NCBI RefSeq assembly: GCF_000143415.4
Contig: NW_003314336.1
Coordinates: 423,296 to 487,295 of the forward strand
Source of the DNA: Selaginella moellendorffii
Taxonomy: Eukaryota > Plantae > Lycopodiophyta
Length of the DNA: 64,000 nt
Reading direction: 5' to 3'
The notes beneath the pieces were generated by a model. The model ran no database searches. It saw nothing but the letters and a program-made list of their open reading frames with translations, and was not told where the DNA came from. This document shows positions 50,301-61,994 of the stretch, one piece after another (the stretch's first letter is position 1; each line of letters begins with the position of its first letter). Position numbers and translations under genes: made by a program.

Positions 50301-50873
50301 ATTTATTACCATATAAATTCTTGTCAAAAGTTTACAAGACACTCCTTTAACTTAGAATTTTGAAGATCTGTTAGAATTGATAACACACTTCCGTGTTTAT
50401 TATTTATATACAAGTGTATAGCCACTTAAAATTGCTATTAAAATAGAAAACAAACTTTGATGCTAAAATAGTTGTGTGAGGGCCAAATGTATGGTTATGA
50501 TGCCGTATACTAATATTAGCATAGTGGACTGTCGGATTGGTTTCAATCCAGACCACTCGCTCCTATATATAAACTAGGGTTTTTGGGCTAATGGATATGC
50601 ACATTTCTGTATTCCCTTTCCATATTCCATGCACTCACATTGGTGGAGGTGAGGGGCACCTTTGATTGTCCCTAGGGAGTGCTTGAATTTAGGATTTCGG
50701 TTTAGATCTAGCTTTTGCATCGTCTAGATCTAGCTTTTTCCATTTCCTTTCTTTTGTTCTTTCCTTTCAGGATTTTAGTTTAGATTTAACTTTTTGCATT
50801 GTTTAGATCTACCATTTCTTTCCAGCTTTTTTGTCATTTCTCTTCTTTTGCTCTTTCTTTTTAGTTCATCTTC

Positions 50874-51803
50874 ATGGCTGATCCGCAATCTCCTTCTTTG
50901 ACTCTAGAGTAGCAGTTGGTTCAATTGCTTGATGCTATGCGCTTGCAATTGAACAACCAAACTCAGTTGATGGCGGCGTTCACGGCACGTGGTACAACTC
51001 CTCCTGCTCTTGGTGCCAATCCTCGCATTCGGCCGGAGTTCTTTCGCGGGAATCCTAGGGATGATGTGTACCATTGGTTCGATCACTTTACAGTGATTGC
51101 CACATATCATTCTTGGGATGATGCTCGATGGTTGCGTGAGTTTCCCACGTGTCTCCAAGGGACGGCGTTGTAGTGGTACAATGGTTTGAGCGCAGCCACT
51201 CGTGGGGATTGGAGTGTTCTCCCAGACGTCTTCAAACGCGCCTTCGGACATGCCGATGATTGTGATGATGCTTTCCAACAATTGTATCGTCTTTGCCAAG
51301 GGCCATCTGAGTCGGTGATGCAATTTGGCGTTCGTTTCCGAAGTCTTTTGCTTCGTGCGGAGCCAAATATGTCGGAGCGGATCAAGCTAGGAATGTTATG
51401 GCCAGCACTTCGTCAAGATCTTGTCGGACTTGTGCATGCACTTGGTCCTGCCACCCTTGATGATGCTCTTCGCTTGGCACAACGTTATGAGACATCGCCT
51501 CTTCCACTTCTCGCAGCACGTCCTTCCGCTCCACTTCCTATGGGTGATGGTCCTGTTCCAATGGAGGTTGATGCTGCTGCTGCTCGAGTCAAGCAAGGAC
51601 AAGCGCGAGGACGTGGCCGTGATGTTCACTACTGGGCATGTGATGAAGTTGGTCATACTTATCGGCGTTGCCGTCGTTTTCCGGATTGGCGACCTCCATT
51701 TCCCGGGTGGAGACCTTGGTGTCAGCAACGTCCCCTGGGTGCTGCTGCAGTGGAAAGTCTAGACACCGAGATGCATCCGGGAAATGAGGAGTCGCGCGAG
51801 TAA
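50874..51803 (+). pseudogene. gag: gag with one premature stop (51171-51173) and a degenerate zinc knuckle
   Basis: ATG at 50874; PEFFRG..DDVYHWF, LCQGPSESV, VPMEVD and YWACDEVGHTYRRC. Confidence 0.85.
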
Positions 51804-54800
51804 CGGAGGGACCTTGCGCGAATAAATCAGTGACCCTTCCATCTTTCTTTCGGGAGTATCATCAAGGGGTTCACTCGGCACCAATTCATCCAGTGTTTAC
51901 TTTCCAAGCTCGTTTTTATAACAAGAGGTCTCCTATTATTCTCTCCGTGTTGGTTGATACAGGTTCGAGTTTATCTTCTATTGCTCAACCTGTTACCACA
52001 CGTTATCGTCTACACTTGCGTCGTGCGACAGAACCAGTTTTCATTCTGGTGCACGGCCGTGCACATGCATGTGCACGGGATGAGGTGGACCTAGTTGTGC
52101 GTGTGGGCGATCTCGAGCTTGAGTTGCAGTCGTTGCGGGTGGTGCCGAGTCAAGCTTTTGACCTCATTCTTGGTATGGATTGGTTGCAGCACAATCATGC
52201 CAAGTGTGACTTTGAGGCTTCTCCCTCTTGTCTCATACTTCCTTATATTTCATCCATTCCTCTCACTTCCATACCCCTTCATCCCTCTACTTTTACCTCT
52301 ACTTCCATTACTTTTGTTCCCCCACTCTTTCCTTCTGTGTTTCCATCTTGTTCTGCTTTTCCCTTTTCCGATCCCTCCGACGCTCTTTGTGTTGCAGCAG
52401 TTGACCGGCTCATGAAGGAGTATTCTGATCTCTTTGAATTTGACCTATCGTCTGGGGCCAAGATTGCCACATATCATCCGATTCCAACCGGGGATGCTCG
52501 TCCAATCAAGGTTTCTGTTTGTCATCGGTCACCTAAGGAGATCAAGATTTTACGAGCAAACGTCAAGGAAATGCTGGAGAAGGGTGTTATTCGGAAGTCG
52601 CGGAGTCCTTGGGCATGCGAACCTCATCTTGTGACAAAGCCTGATGGGAGCATTCGTTTTTGCATCGACTATCGTCTGTTAAACGAAGTGACGATCCCAG
52701 ATGTGTATCCTCTTCCTCACACTGCTGATCTCTTGGATCGTTTGGGGCGAAGTCGTTGGTTCACCAAGCTAGATCTTGCTTCTGGGTATTGGCAAGTACC
52801 GATGGCCGAAGAAGATATTCCTAAGACTGCTTTTCGTACACCATTTGGTTTGTACGAGTTCTTGGTGATGCCGTTTGGTTTGAACAATGCTCCAGCAACT
52901 TTCCAGCGGATGATGGACGAGGTTCTTTGCGATATGCCGGAGGTGATTGCTGATTTCATTGATGATGTCTTGATCCACTCGGAGGGGACGTGGGAGGAGC
53001 ACGTTCGTGATGTTTGTAAAGTGTTGGATCGGTTATGCGATGTTGGTTTAAAGCTGAAGCGGTCAAAGTGCGTGTTTGGGTCCAAGGACACAACTTATCT
53101 TGGGTACCGTATTTCTCGTGAGGGTTTGCAAGTTGATCCTGACAAACTTGTGACTGTTCTAAAGTTCCCTACTCTGAAGTGTGTGAATGATGTGCAGTGC
53201 TTTTTGGGTAAGGTGCAGTATCTCGGTCATTTTGTAGATCATCTTTCCGATCGCACTACACCATTGCGAGCATTGCTGAAGTCATCAACGTCATCTTTCA
53301 TCTGGTCTCCGGATTGTGAGCGGGTATTCGTGGATCTCAAAGAGCTATTGATGACTCCTCTGGTTTTGGCATATCCTGACTACACTCGACCTTTTATTTT
53401 GCGCGTGGATGCTTCTGACATTGGTCTTGGAGGTGTGTTGATGCAAGAGAGCTCAAGTGTGCCTGGTCAGCGCCATCCCATTGCATACATAAGCCGTACA
53501 TTACAACCAGCGGAGATGAACTACTCCACGACGTAGAAGGAGTGTTTAGCAGCAGTCTGGGGTTTCGAGAAACTTCATGCATATCTACATGGTTCTCGGA
53601 CGTTACTTGAAGGTGACCATGCTGCTGTTACTTCATTATTGAAGCGGAAGAACCTGGTTGGTCGTACGGCTCGATGGGCTTTGAAGCTTCAGATATATGA
53701 TTTCGATGTTGTTCATCGCTCAGGGAGTTCTATGGCTGATGCTGATGCCCTTTCTCGAGCTCCTCTTCCTTCTCCACTCACTTCTCATGTTTCTGACGAA
53801 CCTATTGTTCCAACGTTTGTGGATTTTCTAGATAAGGATTCTGTGCCGTCGGCGGTTGCTGTCCTTGACGTTCAGTGTCCACAGGGCGCAGAGCAAGATC
53901 TACCTTCCCTTGATGAGGTTCGCGAGGCTCAAAAGATTGAGCCGTGGATTCGAAGGCTTCGAGATGGGTTTGAGAATCCTGCATCACTTGCTAATGACTT
54001 GCCTTTCCGGCATTTACATTCTCAATATCGCTTTAAAGATGGCCTTCTTTATTTTGTGGGGACGGATCCTGATGATCATTTACGGTTGGTGGTGCCTTCG
54101 GTGTTTATTCCGCAGTTTCTCCATGCCTACCATGATTCTCCTGTTCTAGGTGGGCATATGGGACATTGTCGTGTCACCGAGAAGCTGCGCAGGTTTTTCT
54201 ATTGGCTGGAGATGCGACATGATATTATCCGGTATGTGCATAGCTGCGTTTGGTGCCAAGCTCGTAATACTCCCCCTTGTGCTGCGGAAGGACGGTTGGA
54301 GTCAATTGCAGTTTCCCGTCCGTTTGAGTTGGTGGCGTTTGATCTTATGGGACCTTTTCCACGATCGACTGTTGGCAATGAGTATGTTATTATTGCTTCT
54401 GACTACTTGACTCGTTGGGTGGAAGTTGGTGCTCTTGCTAGCGCCTTTGCAACTGCTGTTGGATACTTCCTCCTCAATCGAGTGGTGTTCTAGCATTCTT
54501 GTTCAGAGCGGATTCTTTCGGATAATGGTTCTGCATTTATGGCTGAGGTATTTCATGTTTTGGCATCTCGGTTGGAGATACGCCACACTTTTACGAGTGC
54601 TTATCATCCACAATCAGACGGTTTGGTGGAACGGCTCGTTTGGACATTCAAAGGGATGATTGTACAGTATGTGAACTTTCAGCATTCGGATTGAGATGGT
54701 TATTTGCCGTCTCTTTGGTATGCCTATGTCACAGGGGTGCAGAGTTCTGTTGGTGCTTCACCATATAAACTTCTATATGGTCATGATCTAATATTACCAA

Positions 54801-55263
54801 CAGAGTTGGTTTACCTTCGCGATTGCCACGAGCTCCTGATGCTAGGTCATGGGATTAGTATTTGACAAACATTCTTCCACTTGTCCGAGCAGAGTCTGCC
54901 AAACACTTAGGCCGCATACAAGTGGGACAACAACAGCAGTACAACTCCCATCATCGTCCACCTGCAGAGTACAAAGTGGATGATTTGGTGTTAGTCCATT
55001 TTCCCCATCTTACGGTACATGGTTTATCTAAGGGGCTCCTTGCGCAATGGAAAGGACCGTATTGGGTGTTGCGGCAAGTTGGACCGCAAGTTTATGAGGT
55101 TCGGCATGACGTTCAGCAGGCCAATCCTCCGGAGATTGTGCATGTGCAGCGGTTAAAACGCTTCATACAAAGGGATCAGGAGCAGTTAATACCATCTACA
55201 GATTCGCTGATGCCTCCTCCTGACGTTCCTCCAGATCCCGGCCCATCTACAAGAGAACCCTAA
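51788..55263 (+). pseudogene. pol: pol (protease, RT, RNase H, integrase) with several nonsense/frameshift lesions
   Basis: LVDTGS; RFCIDYR, KLDLASGYWQV, MPFGL, FIDD; VDAS; HHCC; FDLMGP; WKGPY. Stops at about 53534, 54491 and 54692. Confidence 0.93.
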
Positions 55264-55511
55264 CGGCCTTCCATTATTCCGAGAGGAGGGGATGATGTGA
55301 GGGCCAAGTGTATGGCTACGATGCCATATACTAATATTAGCGTAGTGGATTTTGGTAGCTGTCGAATTGGTTTCAATCCGGACCATTCTCCGGACCACTC
55401 GCTCCTGTATATAAGCTAGGGTTTTTGGGCTAATGGATATGCACATTTTTGTATTCCCTTTCCATATTCCATGCACTCACAGTTGAAGACATTATTTTTT
55501 TTTATAGTTGT

Positions 55512-55536
55512 TTAATTAAATTTAGGTTATACATAC

Positions 55537-55624
<88 letters not shown>

Positions 55625-56852
55625 TACCATACTAATTATAGTAGTATAGTATATAGACCGTCCATTTAATCTCAATTAGCATATTTATTTCTATATCTTC
55701 AACACTCATATTGGTGGAGATTAGAAGCATTGTAATTTGTCTTTAAAAGGCAGAATTTTAGCAATACTTTGTTTAGTGTTTAGGATTATAGTTTTATTTT
55801 TATTCCTTCATTCTTTTTTAGATCTAGATTTGTGTTAGTTTTTCTCAAGATCTAACTATTACATTCACTTTTTTTGCCATGCCACACCGTCATTGATAAG
55901 GAGTATATAAATTGAGGTTATTGATGTTATTTTTTTATATTGAGTTTTTAGTGTTGTAGGGCATGATTATATTAATATTGCACCCATCCTTAGTGTGTTG
56001 CCATCTTCAGCTTGTATAGAACGTGATTACATTGTATCTTTTGTTTTTGGTATTACTTTCATTGATGTAGAACATAATCATAACATTAATTGGAAAGTTA
56101 TAAATTATGTAATTTAATTTTTAAAGAATGTTCAAGGATAAAGTTTATGGGAAGATGATATTTAGAAGCTCAAATGAAATTAAATTGTGATGAGAAGCTT
56201 AATTATTATGAAGATATATTTGAAAATGTGTTAAAGATAATACCAAAAACAAGAGACACAATGTAATCATGTTCTATACAAGTTGGAGACGGCAACATTT
56301 TTTAAAACTAGATTACATCATTTGTAACTTTCCAATTGATGTTATGATCATGTTTTACATTAATGGAAGATAATACCAAAAACAAAAGACACAATATAAT
56401 CACGTTTTATACAAGCTGGAGATGGCAACACACCAAGGATTGGTGCAACATTAATATAATTATGCCCTATAACATTAAAAACTCAATATAACAAAACAAC
56501 ATCAATAACCTCAAATTATATGCTCCTTATCAATGACGGTGTGGCATGGCAAAAAAAGTGAATGTAATAGTGATTGAGAAATTTGATAGCTATAATTTTA
56601 GATCTTGAGAAAAAATAACATAAATCTAGATCTAAAAAAGAATGAAGGAATAAAAATAAAACTATAATCCTAAACACTAAACAAAGTACTGCCAAAATTC
56701 TGCCTTCTAAAGACAAATTACAATACTTCTAATCTCCATCAATATGAGTGTTGAAGATATAGAAATAACTATGCTAATTGAGGTTAAATGGATTATACTA
56801 TTATAATTAGTATGGTAATACATGTATATATGTATAACCTAAATTTAATTAA
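55512..56852. repeat. Long inverted repeat, arms about 55512-56110 and 56315-56852
   Basis: The arms are reverse complements along their length, and each contains an LTR end, a PBS-like (c)actcatattg.tggag and leader sequence. Confidence 0.9.
55530..55620. repeat. (TA)n microsatellite; a second tract lies at 56969-57010
   Basis: Directly visible. Confidence 0.97.
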
Positions 56853-56940
56853 GTTTTTGTAGTAGTTTATAATCATTTAATAAAATCTCCAAATTTCAAA
56901 TGTTCCACCTAACTTATTATCATTATTATTTTATCTTCTA

Positions 56941-56967
56941 AAGGGGAGGATAGTGTAAGGTTTGTGG

Positions 56968-57014
<47 letters not shown>

Positions 57015-57140
57015 TACTTAGATAATATACTAATTATAGTAGTATAATATATGTACCATCCATTTGAGACTAAATATAGCCCAGCCATATATATAAGCAG
57101 GGTTTATACCCTAATTATTATACCTATTTCCAAGCACTTA
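56941..57140 (+). mobile_element. PPT plus short LTR (TGTAAGG...CACTTACA) containing (TA)n, related to the hairpin arms
   Basis: aaggggaggatag precedes TG; shares tactaattatagtagtata...tccattt with 55630-55667. Confidence 0.6.
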
Positions 57141-57329
57141 CAAATAAATTTATTTATATATTTGCTTAAGGAAATTTCTAGGAATTTGGGTAAAATATAC
57201 TTGAATATTCTAAAATATTCTACCATTTGATAATTGTTATTCATTTAGATTAATTTTATATTTATAATTTATAAACAAAAACTTCCTAGTATATTCTAGT
57301 TTATTATAATGAATAAGATTAGTACATTT

Positions 57330-59096
57330 TGAAGGAAGCATTCCAACAAAGGTATCAAACTGTGAAAGCTGAGCACTACGTGTGAGCTTGTGACTTGGGG
57401 TGTGTTCATGGTTTACTGCTGGCCTCTGGCTCCACATACCCTCCATTCCCGATTTCTTTTATGACAGCGCTGTCACCTTACTCTGCTCGGGGACATTGCT
57501 TGTGTTGCAAAGCAGGTTCATGCTCTTTTGCATGGACTGCTTCGAATCGCACAGCCGTGGAGATGAAGATGAAGTCGGAAGCATTCCTGGAGGAGCGGAT
57601 GCTTGGAGCGACGGAAACACGACCGGGAAGCTCCTGTCGGTTCTCTTGCGCTTCCATGGAAAGGAATCCAACGTTTGGGACGAATGGGAAGAGAAGCTGC
57701 CACTCGCGGGAAGTAGAACGAGGATTCGCAACAAACTCAAGGACTTGCCAGAGTCTCCATCTGGGAAGCCCAAAGTTTTGCTTGTCATGACGAAGCCCGA
57801 TGGTTTGCTCACGGCCAATATGAAGGAGCTTTCGACGCCGTCGTGCCTGCCACAAGAGCCACCAGGGTTCTGCCAGACAAAGGAGCTGTGGCTGCTATCT
57901 TCATCGACACCTGCAGTAGTATTATCAACAGCTTAGCTCCTGGTCCCGGCGACCGTGTCGGTGCAGAAGGAGCGCTCGTTGCACATCCTCTCTACTGCAT
58001 GTTTGCGGCGCGCTCGCCACCGGAAACAGGCAGCCTTTCGCTCGATCAAGTCACAGATTCGGGTCGTCTCTTTGCATACGGCCGTCCGTTGTGGGCAGCA
58101 ATGTACAAGGCTTGCGGAAGTCGGGTACAGGTCCTTGCTGTGGAGAAGCTCCTTGGTGGTACTGGAACATCTAATAAGTTTCATCACAATGGTACGATAT
58201 CGACAGAGGCCAAGTTGGCCGTCGGTGTGCATCGACATTAACCCGCAGGTCAGCATTGTCTCTCGCATGGTTGCCAGCCATTTGCTTACCGTCGAGTCCA
58301 TCTTGGGCCTGCGGCGTGTCTGGACGGATTGGGCCGTGGAGCCAGCAGTTGCAGCGGCTGCAGCTCTTGTTTTCCGGAAACAGCCGCCGAATGGAAGATT
58401 TGTTTGGAAGATTCATGACGGGCTCCAGAAAGGTTGGATCGATGCTGGTTGCAAAGGGGAGCTTGTGGCACGACTGCTGCTGTTACTTGCAGTGGACTTC
58501 ACTCTAGAGGAGTTGTGTGGCAGCCTTTGCGGGAAGACGCTTCTTTGCATAGAGGATGTTTCTCAGCGGAAGCGTTGGGAAAAGGTGGCGAAAGCGAAGT
58601 TCTTGTGCTTGCAGTTTAAAAAGCTCGACATACCAAGTAGCAAATGTTTGCACTGGGAAAGGCGGGTGTTGGAATCATCTGCCCGAAGGGGGGAGTCGAC
58701 ATGATCTTATTGGGCTTCACGGGTGACGCTTTCAGCCTGCTGCAAGTCAGTCTTTGGGGGCAGTCATGTAGAATTTGCAAAGTGTTCTAGAGATTTTTTC
58801 GGGATAGCACCAGAGCTCCAGGTACCATACACGAGCTTGTTCCTGAATCTTGGGGGAGTGTCAGCTTCAGAAAGGGGAAAGCTGTCAACGAAGCATTGCT
58901 GAACACAAGGCCTGCAAATGCTTCTATGGCCTTGCCGTTGAAAGAAGTTTTTCCCACAATGATGAGGTGTTCGTCTGTGAGAGAAAAAGAAGGGAGAGTT
59001 ATTCAAGCAAGTGCTTTAAGCTTCAAACGTTGTGGCTATCCAAGGCACGTGCATTTTAGACGCAAGAAAATTCTTTGCGTTCTACAAAGGGAATGA
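57330..59096 (+). pseudogene. CR-type NTPase/nuclease pseudogene, close paralog of 24529-26913
   Basis: Collinear high similarity to 24635-26830, with many small deletions and frameshifts; Walker A is deleted. Confidence 0.9.
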
Positions 59097-59142
59097 GGAT
59101 TATTGCTTTGGAGTCGAGTCAATAGTGAAGAGTGCGTTAGTG

Positions 59143-59720
59143 CCGGAGCCCTAACAGAATAATACCCTAAATGATAGAATATGCTGATTGTGAAAAATGA
59201 TCAAAATCTTATAGTATCTTCTGGCTGATCTTTCAAGGCATCAAAGATGACCTTCCTAAATATATGATCCGTTGGCAGGAATATAATTCCGACTTATCTT
59301 CAAAGATCATGGCTGCGAAGAAATCCGGCACCCTTCAGGAGATTCATACCGCATTGACTTTGGCAGCATGGAACAGATCAACACGAGAACTGGTTTCAAG
59401 CGGCCTGTCAAGATCGTAGTGACAGCCGAGATGGTCGGTAGCAGTGTGTCAGATGATGCTGTTTTGCTTCTGGACAAGCTTTTGGATGCGGATTTCATGC
59501 AGAGCATCGTGCCGGAGTTGCAAGACAGTTTCCAAGGATACAGAGTGTTACTCCGAATCCGTTTCTGCAGGCTGGTCCCAGGAGTAGCCATGGACGCTAC
59601 CTCCAGTTCTGCAAGGCTCTCAGAGATCAAGGTGGCGGGCTTCGTAGACTTGATGTTTGCTGCCACGGGAGCCCCACGGAGAATCTTTCGTCCATTTTAC
59701 AGTTTGGTCTGGATCCTGCG
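59143..59720 (-). repeat. Duplicate of the TruA 5' flank plus module B
   Basis: ggagccctaa.agaataat.ccctaaatgatagaatatgctgattgt matches 24021-24067, followed by module B as at 24075-24455. Confidence 0.8.
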
Positions 59721-60005
59721 AAAACCAGGTACGGTGTGTTTTACTTTGCGACGGATCCATCTGTGTCTGTTTCATACTGCCGCGCCGCGCATGGGGTGAG
59801 ATCAGTCACCATGATAATACTCTTGGAGATTCCCAAGTTTTTGAAGGATACTGGAGCAGTTGGTACATTGTCAGTCTCCCTGCCGGAGCTCCTGCTACCC
59901 ATTGCAACTTGTGTTTCTGAATTCTAAACAATGGTTTCATGTCTCTAATTAGTTTTGTATTTTCATTCCATGGAGTGTTTGGTATAACTTTCACTCCAGC
60001 AAACC

Positions 60006-61994
60006 ATGAGAAAGAACTCTCTTGGAAACACCCACTTCCTCTTCAAGGCCTTCTTTAGTAGCGATTCACTCCCATCTCCACCAAAAGTTCTTCCCCCTCG
60101 ATCACTCCTCGCGAATCTCATGCGAGAATGCAGCTCCACCACGCGAGATCTCGCCACCGCCCGGATGATCCACTCGCGGATCGTCAGCTCCGGGCTGGAT
60201 CGCGACCACCACCTTGGAAACCAGCTCGTCCAGATGTATCTCAAATGCGGCAGCCTCGCCGACGCTCGCAGGGTGCTCGACGCAATGCCGGCTCGAGGCA
60301 AGCTTGCCTGGACCGCGATCATCAGCGCTTACGTCCACTCCGGAGATTTCCACCAGGCCATCTATCTCTTCCACTGCCTGCTGCTTGAGGGAGTGATCCC
60401 GGACGCCGTGAGCTTCGTCGCGATGCTGGGGGCTCTCGCTCTAGATGAATCGCAGGAACTGGCAACTTGCGTCCACGGATGGATCGTCGAGAGTGGCCTG
60501 GAACAGGAGCTAATCGTTGCCAACGCGCTGATGAGCATGTATAGCAAGAGGCTGGATCTTCGAAGCTGCTGGAAAGTCTTCGAGAGGATGCCCGAAAGAA
60601 ACGTTGTGTCCTGGACTGTGATGATCGCATCGTATGCCAGGTTGGGGGAGCTTGCCGAGGCAATGCGGTTGTTTCGATCGATGCAGCTGGAAGGTGTGAG
60701 GCCAAACGAGATCACCTTTAGCTCGACGCTAGTGCTCTTCTCTGGTAGTAAAGATCTTCGTGCTGCGAAGTTGATCCACGAGCAGATCGTCGGGTCCGGA
60801 TTTGGAGCGGTGACTGTTGTTGCCAATGCCTGCGTTGGAATGCTTGCTCGGTGCGGTGATCTTGCTGCAGCGGCGAGAGTCTTCCACTCCATGGCTGAGA
60901 GAGATGAAATCTCTTGGAACGTGATGATCAACGCTGCTGCGGAGGAAGGAGAAGCTCCTCGAGTGGCGTCGCTGTTCATGGAGATGATGGCCGAAGGGAG
61001 GAGACCGGACAGAGCCACCTTTTTGTCGATCCTTAGCTCCATGGAGAAAAACCTTGTCGATCCTCCAGTTCCTCCGTTTTACCAGCTCGTCTTGAATTGC
61101 ATTGCTGAGAGCGGCTACCAGTCGAGCCTCCAAGTCACGAATGCGCTCGTCAGCTTCTATGGAAAGTGTGGTGACGTTGAAGGAGCGAGAAGAGTGTTCC
61201 GCTCTATCAGCTCTCCGGATGTTATTTCCTGTACTGCTCTGATTGCGGCCTTCTCCCAGCGAGCTCAGTTCCAAGACGCTCTGGTAGTTTTCCGGAGATT
61301 GCTTCATTCTGGAGTTCGTGCCAACCAAGTAACGTTCCTGGAGCTGTTAAGTTCCTGTAGGAGCCTAAGCGACGGCCTTTGGATTCATTCCCAGATTGTG
61401 GCTTCTGGATTCCAGAGTGAGGTGGACGTTGCTGCTGCTTTGGTTGAGATGTACAGTGGTTGTGGCAACCTGAAGCAGGCGAAGCGGGCCTATAATGCTG
61501 TGGCAGTGAAGAACCTGGTGCTGTGTAACGTTTACATTGCGGCAAACGCTCAGAACGGCAATTCTGAGAGAGCACTGAAGCTCTTCTGGGAAATGCAGCA
61601 GGACGGTGGCTTCAAGCCCGATGGAATCACGTTGAATGCCGTGTTGTCTGCTTGTGCTCACGGTGGCCTGGTCAGTCAAGGTTGTCAGTACTTTGCAGGG
61701 ATGAAATGTGACTACCAACTTACGTGCAATTCGCAGCATTACTCGTGTTTGATCGATCTGCTGGGCAGAGCTGGGCGTCTTGATATAGCCGAGAAAGTTA
61801 CCACATCCATGCCGTTTCCACCCGACCAATCCGTTCGGATGGCGTTTCTTGGTGCTTGCAGAACTCACCACGACAAAGAACGAGGATCCGAGGCAGCCAG
61901 ACGTGTTCTGCAGCTGGATCCCTTCGATCATTCTGCTTATGTGGCTCTCTCCCACCTCCATGCTGATCAAAGACTGTACATGTCTCGATCCTGA
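60006..61994 (+). CDS. PLS-class pentatricopeptide repeat protein with E extension and no DYW domain (probable organellar RNA-editing factor), 662 aa, intronless
   Basis: Repeated motifs (GNQLVQMYLKCGSLADARRV, NVVSWTVMI, PNEITF, VLSACAHGG, HYSCLIDLLGRAG, LGACRTH, SAYVALS) and a transit-peptide-like N-terminus. Confidence 0.93.
   Translation: MRKNSLGNTHFLFKAFFSSDSLPSPPKVLPPRSLLANLMRECSSTTRDLATARMIHSRIVSSGLDRDHHLGNQLVQMYLKCGSLADARRVLDAMPARGKLAWTAIISAYVHSGDFHQAIYLFHCLLLEGVIPDAVSFVAMLGALALDESQELATCVHGWIVESGLEQELIVANALMSMYSKRLDLRSCWKVFERMPERNVVSWTVMIASYARLGELAEAMRLFRSMQLEGVRPNEITFSSTLVLFSGSKDLRAAKLIHEQIVGSGFGAVTVVANACVGMLARCGDLAAAARVFHSMAERDEISWNVMINAAAEEGEAPRVASLFMEMMAEGRRPDRATFLSILSSMEKNLVDPPVPPFYQLVLNCIAESGYQSSLQVTNALVSFYGKCGDVEGARRVFRSISSPDVISCTALIAAFSQRAQFQDALVVFRRLLHSGVRANQVTFLELLSSCRSLSDGLWIHSQIVASGFQSEVDVAAALVEMYSGCGNLKQAKRAYNAVAVKNLVLCNVYIAANAQNGNSERALKLFWEMQQDGGFKPDGITLNAVLSACAHGGLVSQGCQYFAGMKCDYQLTCNSQHYSCLIDLLGRAGRLDIAEKVTTSMPFPPDQSVRMAFLGACRTHHDKERGSEAARRVLQLDPFDHSAYVALSHLHADQRLYMSRS

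Larger units (their letters stand above)
50475..55481 (+). mobile_element. Full-length non-chromovirus Ty3/gypsy element; LTRs 50475-50639 and 55296-55481
   Basis: TG..CA LTRs, PBS TGGTGGAG (tRNA-Ala-like), PPT at 55281-55295, 4-bp TSD GTTG, order gag-PR-RT-RH-IN, no chromodomain. Confidence 0.95.

Noticed and set aside
55449-55649. ORF with a YIYIYI repeat
   Set aside because: It is the translation of a (TA)n microsatellite.
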